A stretch of 64,000 bases of DNA from a virus. Lineage: Duplodnaviria; Caudoviricetes. Where the stretch lies: the IMG/VR virus record IMGVR_UViG_3300016476_001378, one strand, 5' to 3'. Positions 47,975 through 57,571 of this stretch are shown one piece after another. The position numbers and the translations under genes were made by a program. The stretch's first letter is position 1, and each line of letters begins with the position of its first letter. The notes beneath the pieces are model-generated. The model did no database searches, was not told the DNA's origin, and worked only from the letters and a program-made list of their open reading frames with translations.

Positions 47975-49348
47975 GTGGCCAAACCACGACATATTTTTGT
48001 TATAGATACATGTGTAGTTCTCCATGACCCATTAGCTTTATATAAGTTCGGTGAGCATGATATCTATTTGCCGTTAGCCGTTATTGATGACTTAGATGAC
48101 ATTAAAACTAGACCAGGAAACATTAGCTGGAGTGCAAGAGAAGTATTTAGAATATTAGATAAAATAGATCTCAAAACAATGGTTGACAAGGGCGTTGTTA
48201 TTAATGAAGAAAAGGGCAAGCTTTTCATTTATAATACCGAAGCACCTCTTACTAAAAATGAGACCCCAAACATTGTTAAAGTTAATAGTGATAACGCTAT
48301 AATCAACGCTGCCATTTCTTTAAAGAATAAATTCCCAAACAGACCTGTAACAATTATTACCAAGGATACTGGGCTTCGTGTAAGAGCAAACGCTTGGGGA
48401 TGCAATGCTGAAAATTATCAAGCAGATTTAATTGATGTAAAGCCTTTCACAGGCATGTCAGAGTATGAAGTAACAGAAGAGTCAGACTGGACAACACTCT
48501 GGCAGAATGAATTAGTTGAAATTAACAAGCTTTCTTCTGGTTTAAAAGAAAGATTGAAAGACATTTATCCAAATGAATTTGCCATTTTTGTCTATGGTGA
48601 TTCAAAGTGTCCAACCTATCACAAGGATGGCACTCTTAAAGTTTTGAAGGAAAAATACACTGGGAAGCAAGCTTACTCTGGTGTAACTGGTAAAAACTTG
48701 GAGCAAAAATGCGCCCTTGAAATTTTAAACGATAATACTGTACCACTTGTAACATTAATTGGTGCTGCGGGAACTGGTAAATCATTCTTGGCTATTGCAG
48801 CTGCATTGCAGATGATTAATGATCAACATTCTGGCTACGAGAAAATTGTAGTTATGAAGCCTTTGATCCCAGTTGGTGGTAAAGACATTGGTGCATTGCC
48901 AGGCGATAAATTTGAAAAGATTTCTGCTTGGTTGGGCCCCATTAAAGATAACATTGATCAAATTCTTGGCTCAAAATCCATGACTGCAGAAAACATGTTT
49001 GAAGAAATGGTAAGAGAAGGAATGATTGAGGTAGAGGCCATGGCTTTTATCCAGGGAAGATCAATCGCAAATGCCATCATTATTCTTGACGAATCTCAAA
49101 ATATCACACCTAGAGAAGCTAGAATGGTTGTCGAGAGATGTGGAAAGAATTCTAAGGTAATTTTACTAGGCGACCCTTCACAGGTTGAGAATTCTTACTT
49201 AGATGCGCGCTCAAACGGCTTAGCACATGCTGTTATGGGTGGAAAGAAATTAAAAGAATGTGCTACAGTAACATTAACTAAGGTGGAAAGATCTGTTTTG
49301 GCTTCTGTAGCTTCAACAATCTTTAACGCACCAGAGGCTAGAAGATAA
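47975..49348 (+). CDS. phoH: PIN-PhoH (PhoH2-type) ATPase
   Basis: FVIDTCVVLHDP, TKD..LR.RA (PIN); GAAGTGKS, LPGD, DESQN, GDPSQ; GTG start with AGGAGG SD. Confidence 0.9.
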   Translation: MAKPRHIFVIDTCVVLHDPLALYKFGEHDIYLPLAVIDDLDDIKTRPGNISWSAREVFRILDKIDLKTMVDKGVVINEEKGKLFIYNTEAPLTKNETPNIVKVNSDNAIINAAISLKNKFPNRPVTIITKDTGLRVRANAWGCNAENYQADLIDVKPFTGMSEYEVTEESDWTTLWQNELVEINKLSSGLKERLKDIYPNEFAIFVYGDSKCPTYHKDGTLKVLKEKYTGKQAYSGVTGKNLEQKCALEILNDNTVPLVTLIGAAGTGKSFLAIAAALQMINDQHSGYEKIVVMKPLIPVGGKDIGALPGDKFEKISAWLGPIKDNIDQILGSKSMTAENMFEEMVREGMIEVEAMAFIQGRSIANAIIILDESQNITPREARMVVERCGKNSKVILLGDPSQVENSYLDARSNGLAHAVMGGKKLKECATVTLTKVERSVLASVASTIFNAPEARR

Positions 49349-49350
49349 AA

Positions 49351-50556
49351 ATGGCAGCAACAACGTCTTGGGTATCTTATGACAATGCACCTAGTTTTGG
49401 TGTTTTACAAGAAGATTTACCTTTTGTTTCATTAGATTTAACAAATGATATCAAAGTGGTAGGACTTAAATTCCACGGGTCTGAAATAGACTACGTTGAT
49501 ATTTTCCTCCAAGACAAGTTTGCCGACATTTATTATAGTGACTCTACTCCAAATGAATACAGTGTAGATTTAACATTAAAAAGCATTTCTTTAGAAGCTG
49601 CAAAGTTTTGGACAAAAAATGTTTATGCTATGGCAACTAGCGCAGATGCATTGTCAGCTACTTATGACAATGGGGCATCTGGCGTTGGTGCAACATTAAC
49701 AAACTCTGGAACCCAGGCCCCTTTAGAAATTGATGGAATCAAGTTGTCAATTAATGACATTGTTTTTATCAAATATTTGTCTTCGACAAACAGTGCTCAT
49801 TATGGTATCTACACTGTAACTAATTTGGGAAGTGACACAACAAACTGGGTTTTAACAAGGACAGAAGACACAGATTCTGGTAAAGAACTATTAGACATGG
49901 TTGTTGTTGTCACAGCTGGCACATCATATGCTGGCACCAATTGGAAAATCAACAACACAAGTATCACAGTAGGTACAACTGGACTTACCTTTACTGAAAT
50001 TACAAGTACAGCAGATCTAGAAGCAAATGTAACATGGACAGAGCTAATTGCTGAAAGCACAGGAAGTATGGTAAGATTTTCTGTTAACAAGACTGCAAAT
50101 GACAGAACTTTAAGGTTAGACCGCAAGTTTGAAGCTTATTCTTACAAAATAGCACTTAGATTGACTACATCTTTAGCGAATTTTCAAGTAAGAAATTGGA
50201 AGTTAAATACAGAATTTAAAACTATAGTTCCAGAAACCAGTAGCAGACCTGTTAAAATTTTCTCGTCTCCAGATTTCCCTGTATTGAGACAAACAATGAC
50301 TGTAGAATATTATCAACCAACTACAACGAGCGATAATGTAACGTATTCTACAGGAAAAACTTGGACTTCCGTTGATAAAATAGAAGTATTCAAGCAACCA
50401 AGCGGTGGGGCAATAACTCCTGTTTCTGCAAATACTTATGTTGCGAATGGAATGTTGGGAACTATTTCGTTCCTAGTGGCTCAGCTGCCAACAGACACCA
50501 TAACTGTAACAATTAGTAGACCTTTAACAACTGAGCAAACTACAACACCAATTTAA
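49351..50556 (+). CDS. Structural protein carrying the GIY.VT..G....WVLTR..D fibre domain
   Basis: Y.NG..GVGATLTN...L.IDG...GIYTVT...WVLTR.ED. Confidence 0.7.
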   Translation: MAATTSWVSYDNAPSFGVLQEDLPFVSLDLTNDIKVVGLKFHGSEIDYVDIFLQDKFADIYYSDSTPNEYSVDLTLKSISLEAAKFWTKNVYAMATSADALSATYDNGASGVGATLTNSGTQAPLEIDGIKLSINDIVFIKYLSSTNSAHYGIYTVTNLGSDTTNWVLTRTEDTDSGKELLDMVVVVTAGTSYAGTNWKINNTSITVGTTGLTFTEITSTADLEANVTWTELIAESTGSMVRFSVNKTANDRTLRLDRKFEAYSYKIALRLTTSLANFQVRNWKLNTEFKTIVPETSSRPVKIFSSPDFPVLRQTMTVEYYQPTTTSDNVTYSTGKTWTSVDKIEVFKQPSGGAITPVSANTYVANGMLGTISFLVAQLPTDTITVTISRPLTTEQTTTPI

Positions 50557-50557
50557 A

Positions 50558-50650
50558 AGGTTAAATGATAAATTATTTTGTAAATATAAGTGTAATAAAA
50601 AATTAAAAGTAATGGAATACAAAGGTAATTTTAGATTACACTTATAAAAT
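50558..50650 (+). promoter_or_regulatory. Two tandem putative late promoters
   Basis: AGG(50558)-N19-GTAAAT and AGG(50623)-N18-ATAAAAT. Confidence 0.5.
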
Positions 50651-50689
50651 TTTAATAAATTGATTACTTTAGGCACCAGAGAGAATTCT

Positions 50690-51187
50690 ATGCGAACTAT
50701 CGAAGCACAACTACATGACATTCTTTTAGACTTAGTACCCGATCAGTACTCTGCAATTAGCCAGGCGAAAATCGTAGCTGAGGCTGCAGATATTTACTAC
50801 AAGGCTAACAAGGCTAACACTAGAACCTCAGCTGCTAAAAGAGGCGAAACTGGCTTGGTAAAAGCCCTCTGGACTGCATTAGCTTCCTTGTCTTTGGAAG
50901 AAGATTATGAGTATGATGAGCCTAGCTATGTAGACGGATTTGGCATGGATCCAAATCAAATCGTTAGAAGTGCTGTAAGTAAAAGTAATAAAGTTAATTT
51001 CAAAATGTCCAAGAAAGCTATGGAAATCCTCAATGATGAAGATCTTTCAGTTTTCTTAGACGAAGAAATAGAAAACGAATACAATTTTGATGATGCAACA
51101 GATGATTATCTTCATCCTATGGAAAACTTTAAATCTCCTGGAGATCCAAAGCATCACACTGATTCCAGAATTATTCCAGGTTTCTAA
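50690..51187 (+). CDS. Acidic late protein
   Basis: Likely ATG 50690; RTSA and RSA motifs. Confidence 0.7.
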   Translation: MRTIEAQLHDILLDLVPDQYSAISQAKIVAEAADIYYKANKANTRTSAAKRGETGLVKALWTALASLSLEEDYEYDEPSYVDGFGMDPNQIVRSAVSKSNKVNFKMSKKAMEILNDEDLSVFLDEEIENEYNFDDATDDYLHPMENFKSPGDPKHHTDSRIIPGF

Positions 51188-51870
51188 TGGGCAAATTGTT
51201 TAGAGCAGCTCAATACGCTTCAGCTCCAACTGAACCAGCTCCAGCCCCTCCTCCAGCGCCAGCTGCAGATCCTTTGGCTGGATTAGGTGGTGGTATGCCT
51301 CCAATGCCACCGTCTATGGGCATGCCTACAGATCCTATGGCTTCTTCCGCGCCTGCGCCAATGCCTCCTCCACCTACTGGTGAGAGACAAGAAATCATTG
51401 GCCCCATTTCTTCACCATCGCAAATGTTTTATGACATGGATCTTGCAAGATACATACAAAATAATTTGCAACTAGATGCTGATGCTTTAGCCAAGAAGGT
51501 CTGGGAAGCTTACGGCGGTAAGCCAAACGGTCAACCAGATGCAAGTAAAGTAGGGGCCAGAACAGACAGCTACACTGATCATACACCAGAGCAAGCTCAG
51601 GCTGAGCGCAAGGCAACTGAAAACTCAAAATGGAAAAGACTTGAAGCTGGCAAAACAATTGCAGACATCGTGTCTTACGATGACCTTGGCAAAATTGTTT
51701 CTGGGCTCATTTTTGGTGTAATTCAAAAGGTCATAACCCAGTCTATGGCACCTCCAGGTGGTGCTGCAATGGCCTCAAATAGAGCAAGAATTATTATTGC
51801 AAAAAATTTAGAAAAAGAATATCTTTTCAAACAATCCGATGCGATAATTAAAGAAATATTTAAAAATTAA
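51187..51870 (+). CDS. Pro/Met-rich late protein (possible scaffold/head-internal)
   Basis: LFRAAQ then PAPAPPPAP..GGGMPPMPP; TAATG overlap. Confidence 0.7.
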   Translation: MGKLFRAAQYASAPTEPAPAPPPAPAADPLAGLGGGMPPMPPSMGMPTDPMASSAPAPMPPPPTGERQEIIGPISSPSQMFYDMDLARYIQNNLQLDADALAKKVWEAYGGKPNGQPDASKVGARTDSYTDHTPEQAQAERKATENSKWKRLEAGKTIADIVSYDDLGKIVSGLIFGVIQKVITQSMAPPGGAAMASNRARIIIAKNLEKEYLFKQSDAIIKEIFKN

Positions 51871-51899
51871 GCCCCAAATCAGGGGCTTAATGCTTTTTT
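51867..51899 (+). terminator. Intrinsic terminator, followed by CGATAAT (51914-51920)
   Basis: TTAAGCCCC-AAATCA-GGGGCTTAA then T-run. Confidence 0.75.
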
Positions 51900-51969
51900 G
51901 CCTTGATTCAAACGATAATCTAGTATCTTAGATAAGAGATTCCGTTTTTGGAATCAGTAAGGCAAAAAA

Positions 51970-53925
51970 ATGACTAAAACTCAAGACACAATCCAAGTAC
52001 TAAAAGGGCTAGAGGCAGTAAGGCTTCGCCCAGGTATGTACATCGGAGGAACAGACAAGAAGGCCCTCCACCACATCTTGTGGGAAGTATTTGATAACTC
52101 TGTTGATGAACACATGGCAAAAGATGCCAAGGGTAATCCATACTGCACAACAATTCAAGTTACAATTCACGAAGATGGTGAAACTGTCACTGTTTCCGAT
52201 AATGGTCGTGGAATTCCTGTAACTGTCCATAGCGAATATCAAGCAGAAGGTATTACGCAGCTTGAGTTAGCACTTACAAAGCTCCATGCAGGTGGTAAAT
52301 TCACTCACGATACTGCAACAGGTGGCCTTCACGGAGTTGGTGTAAGTTGTGTCAATGCTGTTTCTGATAATTTTACTGCAACTATTTATCGCGATGGTGG
52401 AGTTTTTCAACAGACATTTGCACAGGGTATCCCTACTTCAAAGACTGAAAGAGTTGGTGATTCCAATAATCATGGAACCACTATTACATTTCATCCTGAT
52501 AAAGAAATTTTTACAGATACAATCAAGTATGATGAGGAAATCATTATTGCGAGACTGAGAGAGTCTGCAATGCTTAATGGGGGCCTCTCAATTAAGTTTG
52601 TAAACAAGGCAACTGGTCGCAAAGAGAACTTCATCTATCAAAGCGGAATTGCAGATTATGTCAAGTATTTGACAACTAATAAGAATGGCATCTATCCCTC
52701 TGAGCCAGTTAGTGGAAGCGGTGATTATAGCCATCCTCAAACAGGCAAAAAAGTTCATGTTCAGTTTGCAATGCAATACGCAGAAGATGATGCAGAAACC
52801 ATTAAGGTGTTCGCGAATAACATTCACAATCCCGATGGTGGAACCCATCTTTCTGGCTTTAAGACCTGTTTGACAAGAATTATTAATCAGTACGCACGTT
52901 CTTCTGGAGCATTAAAGGAAAAGTCCCCAAACTTATCTGGTGATGACATTAGAGAAGGCATTATTTGTGTAATCTCTGTTCGTATTCCCCAACCTCAGTT
53001 TGAATCACAGACTAAAGTCAAGCTTGTTAGTGGCGAAGCAGAAAGTGCTGTAAACACAGTTGTATCTGAGTACCTTATTGATTTCTTTGATAAGAATCCA
53101 GCTATTATTTCACAAATTGTAAAGAGAGCTGTTACTGCACAAGAAGCTCGTGAGGCTGCAAAGAAGACTCAAGAAATGATTAAAAGAAAGTCAGTTCTTG
53201 GTAAGTCTTATCGTCTCCCGGGGAAGCTTTCTGATTGTAATAGTGAAGACAGATCACGTACTGAATTATTCCTAGTTGAAGGAGATTCGGCTGCTGGACC
53301 TGCTGTCAATGGCAGAGATGCAGAATTTCAGGCTGTATTACCACTTCGTGGTAAAATTATCAATGCAGAAAAGCATGATTTGGCCTCTTTATTAAAAAAT
53401 ACTGAAATTCAAGATCTTATTTCAGCCATAGGAACAGGCATTTCTATCGGCAGTGAAGATAATGACTTTGACATCAATAAGCTTCGTTATGACAAGATTG
53501 TTATATTAACTGACGCTGACGTTGATGGAGCACACATTTCAACTCTTATCTTGGCTTTCTTCTACAGATTGATGCCAGAGTTAGTTCTCAAGGGACACAT
53601 TTATCTTGCCAAGCCACCTCTATTTAGAGTCAAGTATGGTAAAGAATCCCATTATGCATTCACTATTGAGGAAAGAGATTCTATCATCGCAAAAGCCAAA
53701 GGCAAAGTAGAAGTAACACGCTTTAAAGGCCTTGGCGAAATGAACTTTGATGAACTTCGCGATACCACTATGGATGTACAGACACGAAGATTAATAAGGA
53801 TTGAAGTAGAAGACAAGATTGAAGCCGATAGCATGCTTTCTATTTTAATGGGTAACAACATCGCCGCAAGAAAAGAGCACATTGTAGAGAAATCTCTTAC
53901 ACGCTCAACCCAAATGGCAAATTAA
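51970..53925 (+). CDS. gyrB: DNA gyrase subunit B
   Basis: RPGMYIG, EVFDNSVDE, DNGRGIP, GLHGVG, EGDSA, PLRGK, DADVDG, RFKGLGEM. Confidence 0.95.
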   Translation: MTKTQDTIQVLKGLEAVRLRPGMYIGGTDKKALHHILWEVFDNSVDEHMAKDAKGNPYCTTIQVTIHEDGETVTVSDNGRGIPVTVHSEYQAEGITQLELALTKLHAGGKFTHDTATGGLHGVGVSCVNAVSDNFTATIYRDGGVFQQTFAQGIPTSKTERVGDSNNHGTTITFHPDKEIFTDTIKYDEEIIIARLRESAMLNGGLSIKFVNKATGRKENFIYQSGIADYVKYLTTNKNGIYPSEPVSGSGDYSHPQTGKKVHVQFAMQYAEDDAETIKVFANNIHNPDGGTHLSGFKTCLTRIINQYARSSGALKEKSPNLSGDDIREGIICVISVRIPQPQFESQTKVKLVSGEAESAVNTVVSEYLIDFFDKNPAIISQIVKRAVTAQEAREAAKKTQEMIKRKSVLGKSYRLPGKLSDCNSEDRSRTELFLVEGDSAAGPAVNGRDAEFQAVLPLRGKIINAEKHDLASLLKNTEIQDLISAIGTGISIGSEDNDFDINKLRYDKIVILTDADVDGAHISTLILAFFYRLMPELVLKGHIYLAKPPLFRVKYGKESHYAFTIEERDSIIAKAKGKVEVTRFKGLGEMNFDELRDTTMDVQTRRLIRIEVEDKIEADSMLSILMGNNIAARKEHIVEKSLTRSTQMAN

Positions 53926-53936
53926 GGAAAATACAA

Positions 53937-56459
53937 ATGGCAAAAATTAAAGAACCTGTAGTAGTGCAAAACATTACTGAAGTTATTGAGAATGCACCTT
54001 TCTCTAAGATCATAGATGAAAGATACATGAATTACACCTTTCATGTCATGGAAGATCGTGCAATTCCTGATGCTAGAGATGGACTAAAGCCTGTTCAGCG
54101 CCGCATTCTTTTTGGCATGAAGGACCTCAATAGCAAGGCCAGTGGAACAACTACAAAGTCTGCCAAGATTGTGGGCCATGTTATGGGTAACTACCATCCG
54201 CATGGAGATGCTGCAATCTATGACACACTGGTCAACATGACTCAGGACTGGAAAGCACGTCATCCTCTAACTATTGGCCAGGGCAACTGGGGTTCACTCC
54301 ATGGGCATCCTGCTGCTGCTCAGCGTTATACTGAGTGTAAGTTATCGCGTTTTGGAGAGGCTGTTCTTGACGATGTTAATCAAGACGTAGTACCTTTTGA
54401 GCCAAACTACAATGATGAAATGAAGATGCCAACAGTTCTTCCATCAAAGCTTCCTAACTTACTTGTGAATGGCACTGCTGGCATCGCTGTAGGTGTAGCT
54501 ACAAAGATACCACCGCATAATCTTAAAGAAGTCTCAGCCCTTATTTCTAAATACATTGAAAGCAATGGTAAATTAAACACCGATGAAATTATTTCTATTA
54601 TGCCTGGTCCAGACTTTCCAACAGGAGGCGTTATCAGGGGTCAAAAAGGCATTAGAGATTATTACGAGACCGGGAGAGGCTCTGTTGTCATTGACGGTAT
54701 TTACGAAATTGAGGTTGATGACAAAGGCCGCCAAAAGATTGTCATTACCGGCTTACCGTACGGCGCTAATCCTTCAGAATTGGCTGAAAAAATCGAAGAG
54801 CTCGTAAGAGAAAAGCGCATCGATGGCATTGAAGATCTCAAAGACTTATCGCATGGCAAGAATGGTCAAACCATTGTCAAGGTAGTGGTTTATGTTTCCA
54901 AGACTGGAAATGCAAATCTTATTATCAACCAACTTTTGAAGGCAACTAATTTAAGAATGTCTTTCAATGTGAACAATACTGTTACAGTTGAAAAGCGAAT
55001 CATTGAAAATGCACCAGTTCTTAAGCTTGTAGAAATCTTTGTAGACCACAGAAAGCAAGTTCTTACAAATCGTTTCCAGTCAGAATTAAATGATAATGAA
55101 GCAAGAATGCACATTCTCGAAGGTCTCATTGCAGTTAGTTCTAGGATAGATGAAGCCATTGCTTTGATTAGGGCTTCTGATAGTCCTGCAGAGGCTTCAC
55201 AGAACCTGATTAGCAAGGGCTTAGTGAAGTCTGAAGAGCAAGCCAAGGCTGTTTTGGCTATCACATTGTCAAGATTGACAAAGCTTGAAGCTGACAGACT
55301 CTTGGTTGAAAAGGATGAACTTTCAAAGCGTAATGAATGGCTCCAAGGAGTGCTTGCTAATGAGAAGAAAATTCTTAAGATTGTAGCAAAGGAAACTGAA
55401 GACCTTGCAAAGGTTATGGGAACAGAAAGAGCAACTGCAATTGGGACATCTCCAGACGAAATTACAACTGAAGATTTGATTCCCGAAGAGAAGTGTGTTA
55501 TCTCTTTGACAAAAGATGGATACATCAAGCGCCTTCCACTTTCTGCATACCGTGTACAGAGTCGTGGTGGCCGTGGTGTAACAAACCTTTCAAAGGCAAA
55601 TGAAGAGGCCTCTGAATTATTTATTGCATCAACACACGAATTAATCTTGTTCTTCACCAATACTGGCCTCATGTTTAAGAAGAAGGGCTATGAGATTCCT
55701 GAATTTACTCGCACCCACAAGGGTATCCATCTTGCCAATCTGCTCGACCTTGGTCAAGAAGAAAAGATTGCTGGTTTCATTCCTCTGAAGTCTTTGGATG
55801 CAGATGGTTACATTGTGATGGTTACTCGCTATGGAAAGATTAAGCGTAGCTACATCCGTGATTACAATACTAATCTAAAGACTAAGGGCCTCAAGGCTAT
55901 TCTTCTAAGTGAAGGTGATGAAGTTGCTTATGTTGGAGAGACAAACGGCAACAAGGACATTTTCCTTGTAACGACTTTGGGCAAAGCAGTTAGATACTCA
56001 GAAGAGAATGTGACAATCACAGGCCGCGCAACCCAGGGTGTCAAGGCCATGAATCTTGCAGATGGTGATGCTGTAGCTCAGTTGTTAGTATTGTCTGCAG
56101 ATGAAAATCCAGACATTCTAGTGGCAACATCGCAAGGTTATGCAAAGAGAACAAATGCAAGTGAGTACCGATCAACATCTGGGCGAAATGTCAGAGGAGT
56201 CAATACAATCGATCAGATTAAATTTGACAGAAATGGCTCAATCGTTTCTGCAAGTACAGTGAGCGATGGTGATACTCTTATCGTACTAACGAAAAAGGGT
56301 CAAATTATACAGATACCAGTTGATGACATCAGATCCACAGGGCGAAACACAATGGGTGTTAGAATAGTTAGGCTAGACTTAACTGACTCACTCACTGCGA
56401 TCGCAAAGGTGACAGATGGAGTTGCCCAAGCCGAAAGGGTGGCAGAAGAAACCCTATAA
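53937..56459 (+). CDS. gyrA: DNA gyrase subunit A
   Basis: DGLKPVQRR, YHPHGD, AAQRYTE (catalytic Tyr), GPDFPTGG, GyrA-box QSRGGRG, beta-pinwheel repeats. Confidence 0.95.
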   Translation: MAKIKEPVVVQNITEVIENAPFSKIIDERYMNYTFHVMEDRAIPDARDGLKPVQRRILFGMKDLNSKASGTTTKSAKIVGHVMGNYHPHGDAAIYDTLVNMTQDWKARHPLTIGQGNWGSLHGHPAAAQRYTECKLSRFGEAVLDDVNQDVVPFEPNYNDEMKMPTVLPSKLPNLLVNGTAGIAVGVATKIPPHNLKEVSALISKYIESNGKLNTDEIISIMPGPDFPTGGVIRGQKGIRDYYETGRGSVVIDGIYEIEVDDKGRQKIVITGLPYGANPSELAEKIEELVREKRIDGIEDLKDLSHGKNGQTIVKVVVYVSKTGNANLIINQLLKATNLRMSFNVNNTVTVEKRIIENAPVLKLVEIFVDHRKQVLTNRFQSELNDNEARMHILEGLIAVSSRIDEAIALIRASDSPAEASQNLISKGLVKSEEQAKAVLAITLSRLTKLEADRLLVEKDELSKRNEWLQGVLANEKKILKIVAKETEDLAKVMGTERATAIGTSPDEITTEDLIPEEKCVISLTKDGYIKRLPLSAYRVQSRGGRGVTNLSKANEEASELFIASTHELILFFTNTGLMFKKKGYEIPEFTRTHKGIHLANLLDLGQEEKIAGFIPLKSLDADGYIVMVTRYGKIKRSYIRDYNTNLKTKGLKAILLSEGDEVAYVGETNGNKDIFLVTTLGKAVRYSEENVTITGRATQGVKAMNLADGDAVAQLLVLSADENPDILVATSQGYAKRTNASEYRSTSGRNVRGVNTIDQIKFDRNGSIVSASTVSDGDTLIVLTKKGQIIQIPVDDIRSTGRNTMGVRIVRLDLTDSLTAIAKVTDGVAQAERVAEETL

Positions 56460-56490
56460 AAAGAGGCCCAGCATAAGCTGGGCCTCTTTT
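56458..56490 (+). terminator. Intrinsic terminator
   Basis: AAAAGAGGCCCAGC-ATAA-GCTGGGCCTCTTTT. Confidence 0.9.
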
Positions 56491-56497
56491 GTTTTAC

Positions 56498-56524
56498 AGG
56501 ACAAACACTCTCTTAAAATTAAAT
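56498..56524 (+). promoter_or_regulatory. Putative late promoter (AGG-N18-TTAAAT)
   Basis: Recurring motif. Confidence 0.5.
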
Positions 56525-56535
56525 AATAAACTATT

Positions 56536-57531
56536 ATGGCCAGAAGAAAAAAATCATCTAATGTTTTTCAGGCAATGTCCGACCCAACAACAATAGCTCC
56601 AGGCTTGAATTCAAGAATGGAAGTCGGATCAGGCTTGCTTATTAGATCAATTCGAGTAAATGGTAATTATCTCTTAGTAAGCAATTGCGAAATACAAAGA
56701 AAACAAGACATAGATGTAAAGTGGTTTATCCAAGGCGGACCAAGATCTTCTATAGCAGACATAGGTAAAAAATGGATTGAAGGTCAAATTACATTTCCTT
56801 TAAGAGTTGATCGCAATGGCGATGTGTTGACCCCAATAAGAGAACTGCTTCTTAATGCAGAAAATCCAGCAAGTACTTTAAAAATAGATACTAATCATTT
56901 ATTGTCGCACTTGACTTTAACAGCTGAAGATGGTGGTTCAGATAATAATTCACTAGTGTCTCTCGATGGATTAGTTGTAAAATCTTTGACCATTTCTGCA
57001 GCTCCAGAAAAGGATGTTGAAATTGTGTGTCAACTTTATGGCACCATAGATTTGAGAACTCCTGGAGATTATGTCAATCCAGAAGATGTGGCTATAACAA
57101 GAAAAATAACCTGGGCAGATTGCGACGCAAGTAGATTTAGTTCGGCAATGAGAACTGTTTCCAACATGGAATTTAAAATAGAGAATACTATTCAAGAAAC
57201 AGTTTTTCTAACAAACATGTATGAGCAAAGAGATGATCAAATTAAATACTTTGGTGTAAAAGAGGTCAGATGGCAAGGCGCATACGAAGAATTTTTAAGA
57301 TTGGGTGCAGAAACGGAAAATTACTTCCATGGTGGTTGGAAAGTCGGAGAAAATGTAATTTTTAATTTTGGGGCAGTCAGATTTTTGTCCAGAGTCCCAC
57401 TTTTTCAAGTTTCAGAACAGCCATTAACTTCCAAGTTTTTGATAAGAAAATCAAAATTTTTATCCTTAACATCACCTGACCCAAACAATTCAACAGGTAA
57501 ATTAATTTATTTTGCAGAAGATGTAATTTGA
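56536..57531 (+). CDS. Tail-tube-like protein, minor paralogue
   Basis: R.Q.IDVK.FIQG..RS.I.DIG aligns with the next gene; beta-rich. Confidence 0.5.
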   Translation: MARRKKSSNVFQAMSDPTTIAPGLNSRMEVGSGLLIRSIRVNGNYLLVSNCEIQRKQDIDVKWFIQGGPRSSIADIGKKWIEGQITFPLRVDRNGDVLTPIRELLLNAENPASTLKIDTNHLLSHLTLTAEDGGSDNNSLVSLDGLVVKSLTISAAPEKDVEIVCQLYGTIDLRTPGDYVNPEDVAITRKITWADCDASRFSSAMRTVSNMEFKIENTIQETVFLTNMYEQRDDQIKYFGVKEVRWQGAYEEFLRLGAETENYFHGGWKVGENVIFNFGAVRFLSRVPLFQVSEQPLTSKFLIRKSKFLSLTSPDPNNSTGKLIYFAEDVI

Positions 57532-57571
57532 ACCTTTGTTATATCTTAGTTTGTTTCCGGTCGAAATAAAA

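Noticed and set aside
54890-55672. 260-aa minus-strand ORF and other short overlapping ORFs in the track
   Set aside because: Lie antisense to or inside well-supported genes such as gyrA; no independent signals
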